DNA of 63,762 nt, counting the filler, from an uncultured Synergistales bacterium (lineage in GTDB: Bacteria > Synergistota > Synergistia > Synergistales > Aminobacteriaceae): assembly GCA_937897575.1 (NCBI GenBank). It is 10 parts of 10 records of this genome, joined end to end, with 100 filler letters (N's around TTAATTAATTAA, not from the genome) between each part and the next. Parts side by side here need not be neighbours in the genome. Positions count along the whole stretch, not along the records: positions 57,475 to 60,331 come from CALCQG010000149.1; positions 60,432 to 63,762 come from CALCQG010000152.1; 8 more parts are not named here. One strand, given 5' to 3'. The notes beneath the pieces were generated by a model. It did no database searches, was not told the origin of the DNA, and saw only the letters and a list, made by a program, of their open reading frames with translations. Position 1 is the stretch's first letter. Each line of letters opens with the position of its first letter. The position numbers were made by a program, and so were the translations under genes. Shown here one piece after another: positions 59,432 to 63,762 of the stretch.

Positions 59432-60331
59432 TCAGTCCGTCTCGTCCTTCCGCACCATCTTCGCCCATGTGTCCTTGAGCGTGACGGTCCTGTTGAAGAC
59501 CGGCCGCTCGGGGCGATGGTCCCGGTCGGCGCAGAAGTAGCCCTGTCGCAGGAACTGGAAGCGGTCCAGAGGGGCCGCATCGGAGAGGGAGGGCTCGAAG
59601 ATGCAGTCCGTCCTGACCGTCAGCGACTCGGGGTTCAGATAGTCCCCGTACCCCTTCCCCTCCTCCGTCTCGGACATGTCCCTCAGGGTGAAGAGCGTGT
59701 CGTAGAGCCTCGCCTCGCCCCGGACACCGTGGGGGGCCGAAACCCAGTGCAGGGTCCCCCTGACCCTTCGTCCGTCGGGCGCCTCGCCGCCCCGGCTCGC
59801 GGGGTCGTAGGTGCACCGGAGCTCCGTCACGCGCCCCCGGTCGTCCTTCACGACCTCGGTGCAGGTGATCAGATAGGCGTGCTTCAGCCGGACCTCCGAG
59901 CCGGGGGACAGCCGGAAGAACTTCTTCGGCGGGTTCTCCATGAAGTCCTCCCGTTCGATGTAGAGCTCCCTCGAGAAGGGGATCTGCCGGCTGCCCGCCG
60001 ACGGATCCTCGGGGTTGTTCTCCGCCTCGAGCATCTCCGTGTGCCCCTCGGGGTAGTTCTCGATGACGACCTTGAGCGGGTCGAGGACCGCCATGACCCT
60101 CGGGGCCGTGGCGTTCAGCTCCTCGCGGATGACGAACTGGAGGAACTCCACGTCCACAAGGCTGTTGGCCTTCGACACGCCGATCTCCTGGCAGAAGCGC
60201 CGGATCGATGAGGGGGTATACCCTCGCCGTCTGAAGCCGCTGATCGTCGGCATCCTCGGGTCGTCCCACCCCGAGACGATGCCCTCGTTCACCAAAGAGA
60301 GCAGCAACCGTTTGCTCATCACCGTGTAGGT
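59432..60331 (-). CDS. glnS: Glutamine--tRNA ligase, 3' part
   Basis: MSKR, GWDDPRMPT, YIEREDF..PPKKFFRL, GTLHWVS, FQFLRQGYF, FNRTVTLKD. Confidence 0.95.
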   Translation of the reverse strand, partial: TYTVMSKRLLLSLVNEGIVSGWDDPRMPTISGFRRRGYTPSSIRRFCQEIGVSKANSLVDVEFLQFVIREELNATAPRVMAVLDPLKVVIENYPEGHTEMLEAENNPEDPSAGSRQIPFSRELYIEREDFMENPPKKFFRLSPGSEVRLKHAYLITCTEVVKDDRGRVTELRCTYDPASRGGEAPDGRRVRGTLHWVSAPHGVRGEARLYDTLFTLRDMSETEEGKGYGDYLNPESLTVRTDCIFEPSLSDAAPLDRFQFLRQGYFCADRDHRPERPVFNRTVTLKDTWAKMVRKDETD

Positions 60332-60431
60332 NNNNNNNNNNNNNNNNNNNNNNNNNNNNNNNNNNNNNNNNNNNNTTAATTAATTAANNNNNNNNNNNNN
60401 NNNNNNNNNNNNNNNNNNNNNNNNNNNNNNN
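60332..60431. other. Artificial contig linker
   Basis: N44-TTAATTAATTAA-N44. Confidence 0.98.
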
Positions 60432-60664
60432 GGGGAGGGCCGCTGGAGGCGGGGCTCAACGCCTCGGCCAGGCAGGTGGAGGAGATCCGAACGGCCATCG
60501 CCGCCCTCAAAGAGGCCTCACAGGCGTTGGACTCGGGCGCCGGCGAAGATGCCGCGGCGGCCTGCATCGCCGAGGCGCGGCTGGCCATGGAGCGCCTGCT
60601 CGGCAAGGGGGCCGACGATACCCTTCTGGACCATATCTTCAGCCAGTTCTGCGTGGGAAAATAG
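60432..60664 (+). CDS. mnmE: tRNA modification GTPase MnmE, C-terminal fragment
   Basis: LLDHIFSQFCVGK*. Confidence 0.93.
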
Positions 60665-60665
60665 G

Positions 60666-60716
60666 GACACGAAGGAGGAGGGGGAGCCGTCGCGGCTCCC
60701 CCTCCTCCTTCGTGTC
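60666..60716. repeat. Perfect 24-bp inverted repeat between convergent mnmE and pepA
   Basis: GACACGAAGGAGGAGGGGGAGCCG-TCG-CGGCTCCCCCTCCTCCTTCGTGTC. Confidence 0.9.
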
Positions 60717-60724
60717 GGCTGCCA

Positions 60725-62179
60725 TCAGAGCGACAGAAGATAGTCGAGGCAGGTCCGGACGGCGTAGCCGCTGGCGCCCTTGCCCTGGATGCCGTGCTCG
60801 TCCTTGCTGAAGTCCACGCCTGCGATGTCGAGGTGAATCCACGGAATCCCGTCGGCCACGAACTCCCGGAGGAACTGCGCGGCGAAGATCGCCCCGCCGT
60901 ACCGGGACCCGGCGTTCACCAGGTCCGCCACCGGAGACTTCAGGCTCTCCGCTATCCGGTCGTCCTCGAGGGGCATCCGCCAGAACCGCTCGCCCCTTCT
61001 CGCCGCGGCGCCGAGGAAATCGGCCGCCAGGGCATCGTCCGAGGAGAAGAGCCCCGCCATGTTCGTCCCCAGCGCCACGGCGCAGGCGCCCGTCAGGGTC
61101 GCCATGTCGATGACGGCGTCCGGTCCGAGCTCCGATGCGTAGCTCAGCGCGTCGGCCAGGACGAGGCGCCCCTCGGCGTCGGTGTTGTCGATCTCCACGG
61201 TCTTGTCGTTGCGCATCCTGAGGATGTCGTCGGGGCGGTAGGCTCCGCCGCCGGGCATGTTCTCCGCCAGAACGGCGATGCCGTGCACCTCGCAGGGGAT
61301 ATTCATCCCGGCCGCCGCCAGCAGGATCGCGAGGACGTTGCAGGCTCCCGCCTTGTCGCCCTTCATGGTGCGGAGGAAGTCGGCCGGTTTCAGGTCCAAC
61401 CCGCCGCTGTCGAAGGTGATGCCCTTCCCCACGAGGACGATCTTTTTCGTCGCACCGTCGCCCTTCCAGACGAGATGCACGAGACGAGGGGGATTGACGG
61501 ACCCTCGCCCCACGGAGGCAAGCCCCTCCATCCTCTCGTCGAGGATCTTGCCTTCGTCCCAGACCGTCACTGAAAGGCCCGCGTCCTCGCCCCATCGCTG
61601 CGCAACGTCCGCGAAGAGCGCGGGGGTCAGCTTGTTGCCGGGCTCGTTGGCCAGGTCCCGGGACCGGTTCTGGGCCTCGGCCAGGGCTCGGCCTCTCGAA
61701 AGCCCCCCCTCGTCGCCCTGTAACAGGATCACCTCTTCAGGCTGCGGCAGGCGATCCTCCCTCTTGGTCTTGTAGGCCTCGAAGGTATAGTTTCCAAGCA
61801 CTGCGCCCTCGGCAACGGCGCAGCTCGACGCCTCGTCCGGCGCCAGGGGGAGGGCAACGGTCAGGCGCGGAACTCCGTCGGCGCGGAGGCGGCGCAAGAG
61901 CTCCGCTGTCCCCGCCCGGATGTCCCCGTCGGTGCACTTGCCTCGTTCACCGAGCCCCACGACGTACAGCCACGAGAACCCCTGGTCCTCGAGGGGGACA
62001 CGCAGGATTTTCCCCTTCTTTCCCCGGAACGACGGGTCGTTCAGAAGGGTCGGGAGCACTCGCTCCCCTCGTTCGCCGAGAACCTCCGAGTGCGCCTCTT
62101 CGTCCGAAAAGACGTACTGGACGAAGGCTCCCTCCCGGATCGGCTGTTCCTCCGGATACCGTACTGCCGTCACTCGCAT
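60725..62179 (-). CDS. pepA: M17 leucyl aminopeptidase
   Basis: GKGITFDSGG, ENMP, NTDAEGRLVLAD, ATLTGA, HLDIAG. Confidence 0.95.
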   Translation of the reverse strand: MRVTAVRYPEEQPIREGAFVQYVFSDEEAHSEVLGERGERVLPTLLNDPSFRGKKGKILRVPLEDQGFSWLYVVGLGERGKCTDGDIRAGTAELLRRLRADGVPRLTVALPLAPDEASSCAVAEGAVLGNYTFEAYKTKREDRLPQPEEVILLQGDEGGLSRGRALAEAQNRSRDLANEPGNKLTPALFADVAQRWGEDAGLSVTVWDEGKILDERMEGLASVGRGSVNPPRLVHLVWKGDGATKKIVLVGKGITFDSGGLDLKPADFLRTMKGDKAGACNVLAILLAAAGMNIPCEVHGIAVLAENMPGGGAYRPDDILRMRNDKTVEIDNTDAEGRLVLADALSYASELGPDAVIDMATLTGACAVALGTNMAGLFSSDDALAADFLGAAARRGERFWRMPLEDDRIAESLKSPVADLVNAGSRYGGAIFAAQFLREFVADGIPWIHLDIAGVDFSKDEHGIQGKGASGYAVRTCLDYLLSL

Positions 62180-62187
62180 ATTGCCAA

Positions 62188-63108
62188 TCACTCCTTACAT
62201 GAAATAGAGCCCCGTCCGGGACGACGTTCTGTCGACCTGTTGACGAACCAGACGCCCGAGAAGATCAGGAGCCCTCCCAAAAGCATGGAGACCGTCACCG
62301 GTTCGCCGAGGAGCACGGCGGAGATCAACACCGCCACCACGGGGTTGATGTAGAGGAAAACGCCCACCTCGGAAGCCGGAAGAACCTGGAGGGCATCGTA
62401 CCATAAAACGTAGGCGATTCCCGAGCAGAAGATGCCGAGGAAGAGGATATTGCCCCATGCCAACGGTGTGATGGAGGGGATTTCGTCATACCGTCCGGTG
62501 TGGAGGATGACCGCAGTGCTATAGAGCAGGCCGAAGGCGAGGGCATAGGACATGGCGAGGCCGGGGTCCACGTTCTTCAGCGCTTTTCTCGAGAGAACGG
62601 AGAAGAGCCCCCATGTGAGAATGCCCGTCAGCATGAGGAGTTCCCCCGAGGAAAAACGAAAACCCAGGAACACGGCGGGGTCCCCCCGCGAGAGGAGGAT
62701 GAGGACCCCCACCGCTGCAAGGAGGATGCCTCCTTTTTTTCGGGCGTTCAACTTTTCGTCCAGGATGACCCGGCCGAGGACGGCGATGGCGATGGGGTTC
62801 GCGGCGGTGATGAGCCCCGACAGGCCGGCGGCGGTTGTTTCGAGCGCAATGGCCTGTATGGCATTGTGGAGAAAGACCCCGATAAAGCCGAGGCCGGCGA
62901 AGACCGCCGTGTCCATGGCGGACAGACGGCGCAGCCGCCCTTTGAGCGCAAGATAGAGGAGCAGGACCAAGAACCCCGAGCCGATACGAAGCCAGAGCAG
63001 CGTATCGAACGAGATCTGCGATACCGCGATCTTGGAGGCGGGAAGAGAGCCGCCCCAGAGGATGACGGCGCAAAGGGCTTTCAGACGCGCGGTCGCCACA
63101 CCAGTCAT
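62188..63108 (-). CDS. EamA/DMT family transporter
   Basis: Ten TM segments in two EamA repeats; LWG, LGE. Confidence 0.9.
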   Translation of the reverse strand: MTGVATARLKALCAVILWGGSLPASKIAVSQISFDTLLWLRIGSGFLVLLLYLALKGRLRRLSAMDTAVFAGLGFIGVFLHNAIQAIALETTAAGLSGLITAANPIAIAVLGRVILDEKLNARKKGGILLAAVGVLILLSRGDPAVFLGFRFSSGELLMLTGILTWGLFSVLSRKALKNVDPGLAMSYALAFGLLYSTAVILHTGRYDEIPSITPLAWGNILFLGIFCSGIAYVLWYDALQVLPASEVGVFLYINPVVAVLISAVLLGEPVTVSMLLGGLLIFSGVWFVNRSTERRPGRGSISCKE

Positions 63109-63762
63109 GGCGTTTTCAGATCGTCTTCTCCTGCGAGACTGCGATCCATCAGCCGGGACACCCTCCGGGCGAATGTCCCCGGGTCGTCGAGCTGTCCGCC
63201 CTCGGCGAGGACGCACTGGTCGTAGAGCAGGAAGGCGTATTCCTTCAACTCCTCGCGTTCTGCCCGGTCGGCGTCGGCGAGGCGGCGTTCCAGGCCTCGC
63301 AGGACGGGGTGGTCCCCGTTGATCTCGAGGATCCTCTGCACCGGAGGGGGCGTCTGCCCCATGCTCCTGAGGATACGCTCCATGGCGAAGGAGCTGTCCT
63401 CCTTGTCTCCTACGAGGCAAGCCGGGGAGGACGTGAGGCGCGTCGAGAGGCGAACGTCCTTCACCAGAGAACCGAGGGCCTCCTTGAGAAAGACCGCCAG
63501 CTCCGACGGTTTCTCCCTCGTGTCCTCCCGGGCGTCCGGGAGGGCATCCTCCACCTCGAGGGAGCGAAAGGGTTTGCCCTCGTACTCCGTGAGGAAGGAC
63601 GCCGCCACCTCGTCCACGGGATCGGTGAGGAGCAGCGCGTCATAGCCCAGGTCCAGACACCGTTCCAGAAGGGGCGACGAGCGCAGGGCCTCGATCCTTC
63701 GTCCCGTGAGGTAGTAGATGAAGCGATTCTGCAGATGAACATGCTGGAGCATCAGTTCTTTA
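63105..63762 (-). CDS. htpG: Chaperone HtpG, C-terminal part
   Basis: IYY, SPLLE, DPVDE, VRLSTRLTSSPACLV, ILEINGDHP. Confidence 0.93.
   Translation of the reverse strand, partial: KELMLQHVHLQNRFIYYLTGRRIEALRSSPLLERCLDLGYDALLLTDPVDEVAASFLTEYEGKPFRSLEVEDALPDAREDTREKPSELAVFLKEALGSLVKDVRLSTRLTSSPACLVGDKEDSSFAMERILRSMGQTPPPVQRILEINGDHPVLRGLERRLADADRAEREELKEYAFLLYDQCVLAEGGQLDDPGTFARRVSRLMDRSLAGEDDLKTP

Noticed and set aside
63720..63762. ATG at 63752 as the start of a truncated HtpG
   Set aside because: The frame stays open to the window edge, so the gene likely continues outside; the edge residues match HtpG poorly and may be unreliable.

Overview
This window is not one continuous locus. It is ten short contigs joined by artificial 100-bp linkers (44 N + TTAATTAATTAA + 44 N), so gene neighbourhood is only meaningful within a contig. 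Most contigs are GC-rich housekeeping DNA of an anaerobic bacterium, inferred to be Synergistota-like. They carry ffh-rpsP-khpA-rimM-trmD-rplS, tRNA-Leu, plsY, ctsR-clpC, tal, tRNA-Ala, speD, a DUF3798 ABC transporter, the tuf-S10-spc ribosomal protein operon, a 22-kb metabolic contig, rpoD, glnS, mnmE, pepA and htpG. The metabolic contig holds larA-pdxA2-DUF1537 kinase-glycerate kinase, GntR-DUF2848-amidase-TRAP-cupin, a GNAT-nitrilase, niaR, mgtE and an FAH-family gene. Two contigs look foreign: a prophage/ICE-like fragment and a stand-alone IS110 element. The most notable observations are: (1) a leader-peptide/antiterminator/terminator attenuator upstream of mgtE; (2) a tRNA-Leu with a rare AAG anticodon; (3) an IS110 bridge-RNA-like left end with a readable target prediction; (4) two uncharacterised organic-acid catabolic clusters; (5) a candidate NiaR-regulated EIIC-like transporter; (6) a tandem family of unknown secreted proteins. 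The consensus has clear artefacts (an Illumina adapter, a fold-back repeat in clpC, a frameshift in essential rplD), so single-base claims need read-level checks. All family calls come from motif recognition by eye; no database search was run.
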